Shown here one piece after another: positions 1 to 13,689 of a stretch of 64,000 nt of DNA. The translations under genes and the position numbers were made by a program. This DNA comes from Octopus sinensis (lineage: Eukaryota). The notes under the pieces are model-generated. The model worked only from the letters and a program-made list of their open reading frames with translations. It did not search any database and had not been told where the DNA came from. Each line of letters begins with the position of its first letter. The first letter of the stretch is position 1. Where the stretch lies: positions 1 to 64,000 of the forward strand of contig NC_043005.1 of NCBI RefSeq assembly GCF_006345805.1, read 5' to 3'.

Positions 1-618
1 TTTCCCCTGTTTTAGAGAAAGCTCTAGACTTTTTTTTCCACCTACATTTCGATAGCAATGAAATCTAATGCAAAAAGATACGTGTAGCTGGATACATTCT
101 CCTCCTGGGGGCACGAAAATACTGCCCGACAATAAAATAACTGATGTCGCTTTGGTAGGACAACCACTTGACAATGGACGCTTGAATACAATCCATTTAG
201 AAGGAATTTTAAATTTCTCTCTACTTCTTCAGGAATATCTTTGATTTATCAAATGGATTCCCAAGTGACATTTACAAAATCCTATTTAATCAACCGCAAA
301 TATATCATTTCAACTAAAATGTATCGCATTAATTGATGTGTTTTCTGTTTCGAATAGGAAAAAGATACAAACATGAAGAAATGAATGTAAATTCTTCCTA
401 TCCCCAAAAGACGCAAACTAAAATTTTCTTGTGAAGAGAATTTATTGTAGAAAATTTGCAACCACATTCGAAGCTGAAGAAATCGATCTGTAAACAAGTG
501 TCCCAGACACTAGACAAATAATCAACATTATAACGAGCTGTTTCAGGTAGAGTTTTGATAAATAGAACACAAAACGTATTGTAAGGCAAAATTAATGTTT
601 TATTACTGATTCATCATA

Positions 619-730
619 TAAGGCAAATAGATATGTGTAAGGCAAATAGATATGTGTAAGGCAAATAGATATGTGTAAGGCAAATAGACATGTGTAAGGC
701 AAATAGATATGTGTAAGGCAAATAGACATG
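619..730. repeat. 19-bp minisatellite, about 6 copies
   Basis: TAAGGCAAATAGA(T/C)ATGTG tandem units read directly. Confidence 0.9.
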
Positions 731-766
731 GAGTATAGCCCAGATACTTAACTGCTGAAAATATAT

Positions 767-1083
767 TTATTTTGGCACAAGGTCAGTAATTTCGGGGGAA
801 TGGTGGTAATTCGATTACATCGACCCCAGTGATCAACTGATATTTATTTCATCGACCCCGAAAGGATTACAAGGTAAAGTCAACCTCAGCAGAATTTAAA
901 CTCAGAATGTGCAATCGGAAGAAATGCCTCTAAGCATTTTCTCCGGTGTGCTAACGATTCTGCCAGCTCGTAATTAAGATATAATGATTTCAAACTTTGA
1001 CACAAGGTGAGCAGTTTTGAGTGAGGCGGGCGAGTCGATTACATCGACCCCCACAGTTCAAATGCGACTTATTTAGTCGACCT
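767..1083 (-). mobile_element. Two diverged partial tRNA-derived SINE copies (family B)
   Basis: gattacatcgacccc...aaagtcaacctc...gaatttaaactcagaa...tgccagctcg shared with many other copies in the window. Confidence 0.7.
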
Positions 1084-1191
1084 TGATTACTATTGAAAAT
1101 ATAGCGAAATTTCATAAACACCTACAAAACAAATTCGTTTAATTGCATACCCAGTTAATTGCACAGAAATTTCAAGTGGAAATAACTATGT

Positions 1192-1350
1192 CATAAGATA
1201 CGTTAGTTTATAATGATCCTAAAAGATACGTTGGTAGATATAAGATACGTTAGTTTATAATGATATCATAAGATACGTTAGTATATATTAGTCTTAAAAG
1301 ATACGTTGGTATATAATGGTGTTGAAAGATATGTTAGTAGATAGTGGTCT
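1192..1350. repeat. Degenerate tandem repeat with an AAGATACGTTAG core
   Basis: Core motif recurs 6 times with variable spacing. Confidence 0.75.
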
Positions 1351-2340
1351 ACATTTTTTGATATCTTAAGCAGATTTTTATATTTAATTAAAAACAACAG
1401 TCTTTTATTTTATACACCCAAACACACAATGGGTTCAGTTAGGACAAAGACTTTGCTAAATATTGAATTTATTCAAATGTTCTTTAATGGGTTTCAATCA
1501 TTGGATTACGGTTACATTTTGGTTACGTCTTCGTGGATTACAGTCGATTAGGATGATCTCGACCTTTCCTGTATTTATTATAGTATCGACTTTGGAGCAC
1601 AACAAAAGTTGAAGTCAGCTTGGTGTAAACTAAAGCAGCAAATATGGATAGAAAACAAGAATGTAACTGAAGAATTTCGCTATGCCCTGGGAGAGAAGGA
1701 AAGTGACATTTCATACAACAAAGAGTGTCGGCTTCATTGGAGTAGGGTTGTCGTCATGGAAATATATTTCGAATCGAATGCAAATTGCTAATTAAAATAT
1801 ACCCGGTACACAGTCTGTCTTTATGGCTAGAATCCCTCTTCCCCTTCAGTTTTTAAATCTCAAATTAATTCAGATGAAACCAATCTGGTTAATTCAAACA
1901 GAATTGGAAAATCGAACTTCAACTGGAGAAAAGCACAAAACCACAACATTAACTGAAGATTGCCGAAGATTATAAAAGAGAGAAACAGGAAAATATCTGT
2001 GGATTAAGTAGAGTTTGAAAGCATCTCCTAATTATCAAATACAATAAATTTGCTGATTATTTAACTGCTAAATCAGAGATATTCAATAAATGTTGTGCAT
2101 CAATAAATATCTGCTGAAAATGCAGCAAGTTATACCCTAACAAAATGACTGTATCAACATAATGCTATTTGCCAAGGACACGCCCATGCACACCTTCTTT
2201 TCTATCAGCAACGGAACTCTTCTTTCTTGAGCTCTACTTTCTCTTTTTATGTCACCTAAAGGAAATGTCTGTCATGTCATTATATTTTTAAATAATTACG
2301 TATATAGGCAGTTAAGGTAAATACCAATTATACACACACA

Positions 2341-2545
2341 CACGAATGTATGTATGTATGTATGTATGTATGTATGTATGTATGTATGTATGTATGTATG
2401 TATGTATGTATGTTTGTATGTATGTATGTATGTATGTATGTATGTATGTATGTATGTATGTATGTATGTATGTATGTATGTATACATACATGCATACGTA
2501 CATGCACACACATAGACGTATATAAATGTGTGTGTGTGTGTATGT
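2341..2545. repeat. (TATG)n/(TG)n microsatellite; further (TAT)n, (TATG)n and (CA)n tracts to about 2950
   Basis: Read directly. Confidence 0.95.
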
Positions 2546-2862
2546 GTGACTATAATTTTTGTTCCTGACTTTGATGTTGCAGTGGAGTTAGGAATCCTAA
2601 CGTCCGTTTGTCGCATCGCCTACATAGACCAATTAAATGCCAGACTGACAATAAAATACTCAAAGTGATGTGATTCACTAAACTCCGAACGTTGTGCTCC
2701 ATCACATCCACGACCAAACTCCGAAATCTGCGAGAGAAGTAAGAGAACATATTATTGTTATTATTATTGCTGTTGTTGTTGTTATTATTATTATTTGTCA
2801 TTATTATTATTATTATTTGTTATTATTATCGTTATATATTTGCAATATATATATAGATATGA

Positions 2863-2893
<31 letters not shown>

Positions 2894-2902
2894 TGTACAC
2901 AA

Positions 2903-2954
<52 letters not shown>

Positions 2955-2964
2955 GCACATACAT

Positions 2965-3079
2965 TCAAACAGCGATAGAGTTAGGAATTAAGGGAGGATC
3001 CAAGACGTCGTAAGGCCAACCACGGTTTTCAATTTTTTCACTGATTTCTTCAGTAATTCTTTTTAGATTCGATTGGAAC
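2965..3079 (-). CDS. Lipoxygenase terminal coding exon m
   Basis: ttttag|G; FQSNLKRITEEISEKIENRGWPYDVLDPPLIPNSIAV then TGA; matches the LOX C-terminal Y..L.P..IPNS(V/I).I motif. Confidence 0.95.
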
Positions 3080-3668
3080 CTAAAACAGAAGAAAAGAAAC
3101 AATGAGAAAGAAAGAAAATTAGAAAGACATAAACAAATACACCTCATAACAACAATTACTGCAACATAAATTAAACTTGGTTTATAGACAATCCTTTTAT
3201 ATTTGATAAGATTTCAGTTTGACTCTGTTTTATTGTCTCATTTCAGTGAATTTGTAGAAAATCTTTCATCAATAATGAACGAAGTTCTCCAAGTGTTTAT
3301 ATTTCTTGATGTATTTTCGCATCGACTTTGACTTGTATATTTGACCACAACCTTTTATATGTTACTTCATATTAGCACATTACCACACAACCTATTATCG
3401 CCTAATAATAGATATTCTACCAAAACTACATATTGTCACACTTTATCACATTAATCCTACGGTGATACACATTATTACAGACACAGGGTGGGTGGTGCAC
3501 AAGTAGGTATACAGTTATGAAAAAAAAAAAAACACGTACAATATTCATTTATTTTTTATCAAAAAATTAAAAGTTACGATAAAAGTATTATTCATAGTTA
3601 CGATAAATGTATTATTATGATTAATGACACTGAAATTATTAATTTTTTAAAAATAAAAATAAATAATA

Positions 3669-4078
3669 GGCGCAGGAGTGGCTGTGTGGTAAGTAGCTTG
3701 CTAACCAACCACATGGTTCCGGGTTCAGTCCCACTACGTGGCATCTTGGGCAAGTGTCTTCTGCTATAGCCCCGGGCCGACCAATGCCTTGTGAGTGGAT
3801 TTGGTAGACGGAAACTGAAAGAAGCCTGTCGTATATATGTATATATATATAAGTGTGTGTGTATATGTTTGTGTGTCTGTGTTTGTCCCCCTAGCATTGC
3901 TTGACAACCGATGCTGGTGTGTTTATGTCCCTATTACCTAGCGGTTCGGCAAAAGAGACCGATAAAATAAGTACTGGGCTTACAAAGAATAAGTCCCGGG
4001 GTAGATTTGCTCGACTAAAGGCGGTGCTCCAGCATGGCCGTAGTCAAATGACTGAAACAAGTAAAAGAGTAAAGAGTA
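3669..4078 (+). mobile_element. Full-length tRNA-derived SINE (family A)
   Basis: A-box-like TGGCTGTGTGGT, B-box-like GGTTCAGTCCC, internal TA/TG tract and (AAAAGAGT) tail; further copies at 8.2, 26.2, 30.9 and 43.4 kb. Confidence 0.9.
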
Positions 4079-4499
4079 AGTATTGTAAGAGTTTTCTTTT
4101 TTCCCGGCTGTATACCTACTTTTGAGCTTTCCTGTAAAACAAAACGTATCGCATTTTGCTATTGATAATACCTAGAAGAAGGTGCTTCTTTTCCCCTCAC
4201 CAAAGTGAATGGATCTTTGGCCAAGAGGAACTGATGTCATCACACTGTGTCTCCAACGATTATCAGATGTTTCCACACTGAACCGTAACACCCTCCTCTT
4301 TGTGATTCAGTAGAGGCGGCCAAATCTTTGCTCTTCATCTCCTCCTGGCTTCTAGCTTAACATCTCTCTCTTGCTCCTTAATCAGCAAACGGATATTTAT
4401 TTTCCAGCATTATCACTCAGTATCACAAATTATCACATTGCCCTATATTATCGTATCACACAATCACATTAATCCAATCAGATACCACCTAATATTGGC

Positions 4500-4887
4500 T
4501 TCCAATTTCAGGGGAGGATGTAAGTCAGTTACATCAACCCCAGTGTAAGTCAGTTACATCAACCCCAGTGTTTCACTACTAATTCTGCCGACGCCCGAAA
4601 GGATGAAAAGCGAAATCAACCTCGACGGAATTTCAACTCAGAACCGGCGAAATACCTATTTCTTTATTACCCACAAGGCCTAAACACAGAGGGGACAAAC
4701 AAGGACAGACATAGGTATTAAGTCTATTACATCGACCCCAGTGCGTAACTAGTACTTAATTTATCGACCTCGAAAGGATGAAAGGCAAAGTCGACCTCGG
4801 CGGAATTTGAACTTAGAACGTAACGCAGACGAAATACCGCTAAGCATTTCGTCCGGCGTGCTAACGATTCTGCCAGTTCGCCACCTT

Positions 4888-4941
<54 letters not shown>

Positions 4942-5135
4942 CCTCTCAAATTAGGGGTTAGGGTATAAGTCGATTACATCAACTCCATTGCTTGACTGGT
5001 ACTTATTATATCAAACCTGAAAGGATGAAAAGCAAAGTCGACTTCGGCGGAATTTGAACTCAGAACGTAAGGACGGACGAAATGCAGCTAAGCACTTCGC
5101 CTGGCATGCTAATGATTCTGCCAGCTCGTCGCCTT
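4500..5135 (-). mobile_element. Cluster of three family B SINE copies separated by (AAT)n
   Basis: Repeated head GG(C/T)GGCGA.CTGGCAGAATCGTTAG, B box GAGTTCAAATTCC and core GTCGACTTTGCCTTTCATCCTTTCG. Confidence 0.85.
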
Positions 5136-5243
5136 CAGATACTCCCTAATATTGCAAATTATCACATGCATATTCATACATTATCACTTTACTGTACATG
5201 ATCACATATCACATATTTCACATAATCGGATATGAATACTTAC

Positions 5244-5407
5244 TCGGCGACGCATTGAAGTCCCACTTGATGACAGATATATTTTACATCGAAATTTCCC
5301 AGAGGATTGGTTTCTCTTTTGCTCAGGACGCTTGTGACTTTTAAAACATCGAAAATTGTTGTTACCTTAGGCAGGGCATCTACGATATCCTTCTCGGTTC
5401 TGGGTGC
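5244..5407 (-). CDS. Lipoxygenase exon l
   Basis: tatcag|GCA...GA|gtaagt; APRTEKDIVDALPKVTTIFDVLKVTSVLSKRETNPLGNFDVKYICHQVGLQCVA(E); phases 0 to 2. Confidence 0.92.
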
Positions 5408-5870
5408 CTGATACACGAAACAATGAAACAAATAAAAAAAGGAAATTAACCTATCAATTCATTCGTTATTGAATAGTTTTCTGGGAAAATAATATTATTA
5501 GCTTTCAAGTTTTGAGTTTGATATCGACTGAAGGGACACATTGTAAAATAAGTCTATAAAGTGTGTGTGTGTGTGTGTGTGTGTGTTGTGTGTGTGTGTG
5601 TTGTGTGTGTGTGTGTTAGAATTAAGTTAAACACAATCGGTGAAAATTTACACAACAAATGGAACAAGTGACAAAAACCCCTCATCAGGTGTCTATCTAC
5701 AGATCCTGCAGATTTCAGTACCTTAGAACAGACCCACTAGTTTCTTCAACTATTTATCAGTGATGGTTGACAAGAATTGATGATAAATGAGAAATGTGAC
5801 GGACACTCTGATGGAAATATAATCTTGGGTCTTAGTAACTGGAAAAACGAGAACAAAACATTAGTCTTTT

Positions 5871-7016
<1,146 letters not shown>

Positions 7017-7402
7017 AACCAATACTTCTCAAACTCTTTCCTTCCCAATATATTCTGTTGCTGCTGTTGCTGCTGCTGCTACTACTACTACTACTACTAC
7101 TCCCCCCGCAGTCTTTGTTCCGCTTCATCACCTCCATTTGAATCCATACTATTCTCACACAAACTCACTTTCCAGTCGTTCGTTTCGCCACGATAGCATC
7201 TTTCCTACTTTATCATACCACATTATCACATGTTATCGCATATTAACAGATATTCTCCTAATATCACATATTATTGTACATTGTTATAGATTAACACATT
7301 ATTACTCGTTATTACACATTATCATATATTATCACATATTTTTTTAATTATTTATTATCACATATCAACCCATATTAACACTATTAATGTTATCAACAAA
7401 AA

Positions 7403-7435
<33 letters not shown>

Positions 7436-7442
7436 AACTTAC

Positions 7443-7625
7443 TTTGTCTTTTAATAGCGGTGTCCTCAGCATCGATGGATAGTTTGCAGGGTGACCATAT
7501 TCGTCATATTGTAGGAAATTGACAGCAGCATGTGACACACTGCAGGTGAAGATGATTACGGACACAATCCATTTCAAGTCCTCCTTTGAAGACACGTGAC
7601 CCTTACCATCTTTCATTGGTAAACC
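7443..7625 (-). CDS. Lipoxygenase exon k (His and Asn Fe ligands, HAAVN)
   Basis: ttaaag|GGT...AAA|gtaagt; GLPMKDGKGHVSSKEDLKWIVSVIIFTCSVSHAAVNFLQYDEYGHPANYPSMLRTPLLKDK; phases 0 to 0. Confidence 0.96.
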
Positions 7626-8198
7626 CTTTAACAGACAATAGAAGATATTTTATATACAACTGTATTTAACTATTTAATGATATTAGGAAAAGTCTACATA
7701 ATCGTTCGATCTGCTAAAATTAACAGTCTAATCTATTCAAATCACACATTGCCGCAGTGTTTCTCAAAACTTTGACTTCAGAATAAACTTCGGATAAAAA
7801 AAAGGAATACTGATCCATTTCGCTTTGATTTTCTTTTTAAGTTGTAGATTTTCAAGAAATAGAAATTTTTTTTTTTTTTGTTAATCATACAAATTTATGA
7901 AATTTAACTAAATTCTGAGTAATAAGTTCTTCAAGACATTCATTAATTGTATAGATTTTGTAAAGCATTGTATGATATTTTTTAAAATGTGCAAACCAAA
8001 AATTGAAGATCTTAGCCACATTCTTTTCTTTCCTACCACAGGCACAAGGCCCACTTAGCCACATCATTGCCAGTTGTGAAAGTATGTCTTCTTGTTACTT
8101 TCTCCCTTTAAAAGAATTTATTCAATTTATTTCAACTTTTACTTAAGAACAATCGAAACCGACAACAGAGTTTAATGAAAGTGTAAATATTTTCTTGA

Positions 8199-8410
8199 TT
8201 CTCTTTACTCTTTTATTTGTTTAAGTCATTTGACTGTGGCCATGCTGGAGCACCGCCTTTAGTCGAGCTAATCGACCCAATGACTTATTCTTTGTAAGCC
8301 TAGTACTTATTCTATCGTTCTCTTTGCCGAACCACTAAGTTACGGGGACGTAAACACACCAACATCGGTTGTCAAGCAATGTTGGGGGGGACAAACATAG
8401 ACACACACAC
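8199..8410 (-). mobile_element. Family A SINE, 3' half
   Basis: Matches the 3' half of 3669-4078. Confidence 0.85.
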
Positions 8411-8414
8411 ATAA

Positions 8415-8505
<91 letters not shown>

Positions 8506-8508
8506 TAT

Positions 8509-10409
8509 CAAAACAGTCCTGATATATTTTGTCATGTCTGTGGTTCATTTACCACCAAAGCCCAGCAACGTGCCATCACAAGTGAAATCAAGAAGATCTA
8601 CCAGTTATAATTTGGCTGCTCTCTCGGAGAACAAGATAAGAGTTGGGTCCCACACATCATCTGCTCAGCTTGTTCAAATGGACCAAGGGACTGGCTAAAT
8701 AAGAGGAAGAGAGCAATGCCATTTGCAGTACTTATGATATGGAGAGAGCCAAAGGATCATTTCATGGACTGTTATTTCTGCAACGTTAATGTATGTGGGT
8801 TTACTGTAAAGACCAAGCATAAGATTGTGTATCCCAACTTGGAATCAGCAAGAACACCAGCAAGATGAAGATCTTTTTATTCCAATACCACCAGAAAATG
8901 GCCTTCAGATGTTTGACGAAGGCGTATTTCCTGAAGAAAAAACTACTGCTGTGGAAGAGACCGAAGTGGATGCAGATTTCATGAGTGAAAATGAAGACGT
9001 ACCACAGAAATTTTCTCAAGGAGAGTTAAATGATTTAGTTAGAGACTTGCCATTGTCGAAGGATAAAGTTGAACTTGGCTACAAGAAAAGTGTCTGCTTA
9101 AGAAAGATGTTTGTATTACTCATTTCAGGAAGAGAAATAGGGATCTGACTTCATGCTTCTCTGTTGATGTTTCAGTAATAACAATGATGAGTTATTTCGC
9201 TGTTTGTTCCAAGAGCATGTTCCAGCCGAATGGCGCTTATTCACTGATTCATCTAAGAGAAGCCTCAAGGCAGTACTACTACACACTGGCAATAAGAAAC
9301 CATCCATTCCCATAGGACATTCAGTGCACGTGAAGGAGTGTTATGAAAACATGCAAGTACTCCTTAATGCCATAGAGTATACAAACTACAGCTGGAAAAT
9401 ATGTAGAGACTTGAAGGTGATTGGAATGTTGATGGGAATGCAATTTGGGTTCACCAAATATTGTTGCTTTTTATGCCTATGGGACAGTCGTGAAACTAAC
9501 AAGCACTATGTGCAATCAGAGTGACCTTTGCGAAAATCATATGAGCAGGGAGTCTCTAGCGTCCCGAGTAAGCCATTTTAAACCCAGAAAATGTTCTTCT
9601 CCCTCTTCACATAAAGCTTCGCCTCATGAAACAATTCATGAAGACACTTACCAGAAAAAGCTCAAAAGGTTTTGAATATGTGAAGGTTAAATTTCCAAAA
9701 ATCCCCGAGGCAAAACTGAAGGAGGGCATATTCATAGGTCCACAGATAAAAGAACTCCTGAATGACAACCACTTCCTCACAGCACTGGATGAGATTAAGC
9801 TTAAAGCCTGGGAATCTTTCAAATGGCTCTTTGAAAATTTCCCAGGCAACAAGAGATCTCTAGAGTTTAGAAATGGAGTGAAATGTCTTCTAGACTCCAA
9901 CACTGCAATGGACTGTCGGATCTCCATTTCCTTGATTCTGGACTTTTTTGCAGGGAACCTTGGAGCAGTGTTTGATGAGATGGGGAACGCTTTCATCAAG
10001 ATATTGCATCGATGGAACATCGATATCAAGGATTTTGGAATGCAGGAATGTTAGCTGACTACTGTTGGATGTTATACAGGGATGAACCAGAGACAAAACA
10101 ACATAGAAAGTCCAAATCCCAAAGATTTTAAGTTGTTATGCATTTGAGTGTATTCTAAATTATTTTTACACAATAATTTTAATTTTGTACAATAAAAATC
10201 CATGAAATCATCGTATCTTGTATTCAATATACTTTATATAGACATGCTTTACGTATCCTATAAGTTAAAAGAGCAGGCATCATTAACATGAAAATGTGAC
10301 CTGACAGAGGAAATCGGACTTCAGATTCGTAACCAGCATCAAAATTTAACCCAGAAAAGTTAATCAGCAACTCTGATGATTAAAAAAGGTTTCATTTTGT
10401 TGACCAGTG
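8509..10409 (+). mobile_element. Decayed Chapaev-like (CMC superfamily) DNA transposon, 5' end missing
   Basis: Cys/His-rich N-terminus (FCHVCG..., WVPHIICSAC, WREPKDHFMDCYFC), FSQGELNDLVRDL, WRLFTDSSKRSLKAVLLH, KYCCFLCLWDSR in broken frames; ends in ...ttttgttgaccagtg (CACTG-type terminus). Confidence 0.78.
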
Positions 10410-10815
10410 TATTCTAGATAGTTGCTTGGCTAACCAGAAACAGCAGTCAAATCTCCTTCTAATCGCACACTTACGCTTCAATCTTAATGAATCTCTCCAC
10501 CAATTTTGTCCTATTCTTCTTTATAATTTGATTCATATCCAAAATGTTTTATAGAGATTCTAATTCGCACCAACACCAACAACAAGTAGTTGACGACTAT
10601 ATTGTGTAATCCACTCCTAAGATAATTAAAAGTTAAGGTGGCCTCCATAGGATTTGAATTCAGATCATTAAGGACCAAAAATAAAAATAAAAACACCAAG
10701 GTATATTTTCTGTTATTCTAATGATTTTACAATCCACTGTAAAAAGAAAAGCAAAAAACAAAAAAAAAAGTATTTAACAAATGAAACTAAAGAGCCATTA
10801 CGGGACTAAGCAACG

Positions 10816-10854
<39 letters not shown>

Positions 10855-10900
10855 ACAGCAACAAGATTTTACTTTGTATAGAATTATGAACAGGAAATAC

Positions 10901-10983
10901 CTTCAATCCACCTCTGCTTGGCACGGACATATTTTCTACCCAATCCTGCAACTCTCCGTCCCCATCAACATCTTCATCCTTTT
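10901..10983 (-). CDS. Lipoxygenase exon j
   Basis: tttcag|AA...AAG|gtattt; (E)KDEDVDGDGELQDWVENMSVPSRGGLK (D.ELQ.W motif); phases 1 to 0. Confidence 0.92.
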
Positions 10984-11141
10984 CTGAAATTATAAATAAA
11001 TGGGGAATACGATTGTTAGTCGCAGTCAGTTGCAGGAGAGAACTGACACGTTCCTCTCAACTCCTCAGGTGTATGAAGCAGTTGGCCTCCTACAAAAATT
11101 TCTCAGTCAATTCCCGATTCTTTCCACACATTTTTGGTAGT

Positions 11142-11202
<61 letters not shown>

Positions 11203-11639
11203 ACACACACACACACACACAACACACACACACACACTATAATGAATTAAAAGCAGCACTAGTGTTGTGAACATTATCGACCGCACATACTCAATGGATG
11301 TGTTTTGCTTGTTCACTGGTACGCTCTGACATAGCGCTGTGGGGACGACTCCCTCTTAACACTGAGTGAAAACCACTGAAAGTCATAGACAGGCGAGACA
11401 ACTCGTCCCCCGATCGCATTCAGGAGCGATGGCTGCTGATATTTCGCCATTTCTGTAGTTTATCAATATAACGGACCCGAATTGAACCAGAGACAAGGAA
11501 TATGAGTGGACAGATGAAAGAAAGAAGCACTCAACGCGGCTGGTTGGAGTTGTATGTATTTTATAACATTTACACTCAGCTCTACATCACTTACAATTTG
11601 TGATTGTAGAACACGTGCACATCCTGAGATGTTCGGAGA

Positions 11640-11870
11640 CAGAGTAGAGGAATTTTTAAAAGATTTAGAAAACTTCGAGGTGAGATTGTTTAGGCTTCCG
11701 TTGGCCTGTCACCTTAGAAAAAATTGGTGAAAGCAATGTTTTCGTCATAGACGTCAGCAAATCTTTGGACCGTGTCTGGTATGCAGAATCCTCTCGCCTA
11801 AGATTTCCACCAGTCTCTCATCTCTTGGATCGGTAGTTTTCTATCAGATCACATTAATGTGAGGGACGAA
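11640..11870 (+). mobile_element. Highly decayed LINE reverse transcriptase fragment (CR1/L2/Jockey-like)
   Basis: DVSKSLDRVW and SWIGSFLSD resemble D.SKAFDRVWH...WI.SFLS.R. Confidence 0.5.
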
Positions 11871-12410
11871 ACCGGATATGGACGGGTACGGCTTTGACTT
11901 GTCTGGGTGAGTAACCGTACCGTTTAAGTAATTTGACCGTGTGCTGGACCTGATTCTGTGACTGCACACCCGTTAGAGATTGAAGAATTTGGGAGAAGCG
12001 AATGAGATGTTGGGAGTTGATAATAAGGTATGATGAGGCAAAGACCAAGAGAGAGGAAACAGTAAAATTAAAGAGAGCAGAAGAACTGAGGATGGAGTGT
12101 GTGTGTGTAGGGGGGAGTAGATGGAGAGAGAGAGAGAGAAAGAAAGTGAGAGAGAGAGCTGTTCAGGAGCTTAGAGATTTCAGAGATAACAGAGTGAATT
12201 CGAGAGAGTTAAGTAAGGAGAAAAGAGGACAAAAGAAACAAAGGAATCGAGTTGTAATCGAGAGAGAGAGAGAGAGAGAAGGATGGCAACGAGCTATTGT
12301 AACTAAATTTCTGGTATTTCTTTTGTCCAATACTGTGTTGACTCCTCCTCTCCCATCCATTTCTATTTATATCTTATAAATAAGATGAATGAATAATCGA
12401 ATATAATTAC

Positions 12411-12516
12411 CATAGTGGAGATCTATATAGCTGGACACGTACTTATATACACAGTCGTACAATAAAAGCGAATCATCTCTGAAATAGTATTTGGGCAAAA
12501 CTTTCGGATCGTCAAC
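12411..12516 (-). CDS. Lipoxygenase exon i
   Basis: tttcag|GTT...G|gtaatt; VDDPKVLPKYYFRDDSLLLYDCVYKYVSSYIDLHY (Y.YRDD.L motif); phases 0 to 1. Confidence 0.93.
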
Positions 12517-12903
12517 CTGAAATATGAGAGCAAAGAGTGATATCTTCATAGATAAAACGTGCCAGACAAATGTTTTCTTTTTATGCTTCATTAACCTTGC
12601 TGAGGAATTGTTTATTAATAATGAAACCTCATGCCAAGTTGCCTAAGAGACTGACTGCGTCTTGCTTTCACGTAGAACGAAATCCTTTATGAATATGTAT
12701 TTGTGTATTCATTGAGTTTGCAAGCGTTGAGTGTATGGAATAACGTTTCATGTACCCCAGGATAGATGTGCATATGATATATAACTTACGTATTACAACC
12801 CAGAAATATATGTGTATGTGCTTATATCATATGTACGAAAATACTGGAGTCAGCTGAAGAGTTCATCGACTGATCAAGATGGTCTCATGGAATGTGACCA
12901 AAT

Positions 12904-13190
12904 GAGGTGTATTTTTCAAGATGTCCTCCTTGCAGTCTACACACTTCTTCCATCGGCGTTGCAGTGCTTGGATCTCATTGGTTGAGAAGCTTTCATCCGA
13001 CTGGTAAAAAAAATGTCATCAACAGCAGATATGATGTCATCAACGTTGCGATACTGGTTCCGAGGCAAGTGTTTTATCAGATGAAAGTCAGATGGGATCC
13101 AAATCATAGAATGAGGATGGAGAGAGTGATCAATCAGTTCAAAGCCACAATGACGCATAGCAACCATTGAAACCAAAGACTTGTCTTGAT
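12904..13190 (-). mobile_element. Mariner transposase C-terminal remnant
   Basis: CGFELIDH...PSDFHL..KHL...Y...DD.ISAVDD.F (degenerate YSPDLAPSD region). Confidence 0.75.
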
Positions 13191-13239
13191 GACCACTTTC
13201 ACCAAACCAAAATAATAATAATAATTACTCATTTACGAA

Positions 13240-13456
13240 GACGACGAACTGGCAGACTCGTTAGCACGTCGGGCGAAATGCTTAGCAGTATTCCGTCCGT
13301 ATTCATGTTCTGAGTTCAAATTCTGCCGAGATCGACTTTGCCTTTCATCCTTTCGGGGTCGATAAATTAAGCACCAGTGAAACACTGGGGTCGATATAAT
13401 CGACTAGTCTCCTCCCCCAAAAATTTCAGACCATGTGTCTATAGTAGAACGGATTA
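13240..13456 (+). mobile_element. Family B SINE
   Basis: Head GACGACGAACTGGCAGACTCGTTAG, B box GAGTTCAAATTC and conserved core. Confidence 0.88.
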
Positions 13457-13575
13457 TTTTGGGAAGATTGATTTAATTGAAGCTAATGAAACAATTGCAA
13501 GCTAAACAATAAACGGCGTTTGATAACTTTTTTCTTTGATGTTCTTTTGATATATATATATATAATATATATATA

Positions 13576-13610
<35 letters not shown>

Positions 13611-13689
13611 CTATGCTGGTGTTTTGTGGACTTTCGGATTGCTAGTGTAACGTGCTCCAGAGGGATATCTCCACTTTCCAACTTCCATA

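Noticed and set aside
619-730. CRISPR-like repeat array
   Set aside because: Units are directly adjacent with no spacers, and the context is eukaryotic.
2550-2727. Possible alternative terminal exon (cttctctcgcag acceptor, phase-compatible, 58 aa) with an IPNSTA look-alike in another frame
   Set aside because: The in-frame product has no LOX similarity and lacks the C-terminal ligand; the shared ATTCCTAACTC 11-mer is compatible with chance; there is no transcript evidence.
2296-3013. ORFs rich in YI/HT/CV/MY repeats (also at 5.8, 8.4, 14.5, 26.5, 51.1, 53.7, 59.7 and 62.0 kb)
   Set aside because: They are translations of microsatellites with no coding signal.
3669-3740. tRNA gene (also the other SINE heads)
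   Set aside because: A/B boxes are present, but each continues into a SINE body and tail without a complete cloverleaf or acceptor stem.
11341-11410. GGGGACGA...TCGTCCCC hairpin enclosing CTGAGTGA...GAAA
   Set aside because: No stem II or III can be formed, so it does not fit a hammerhead.
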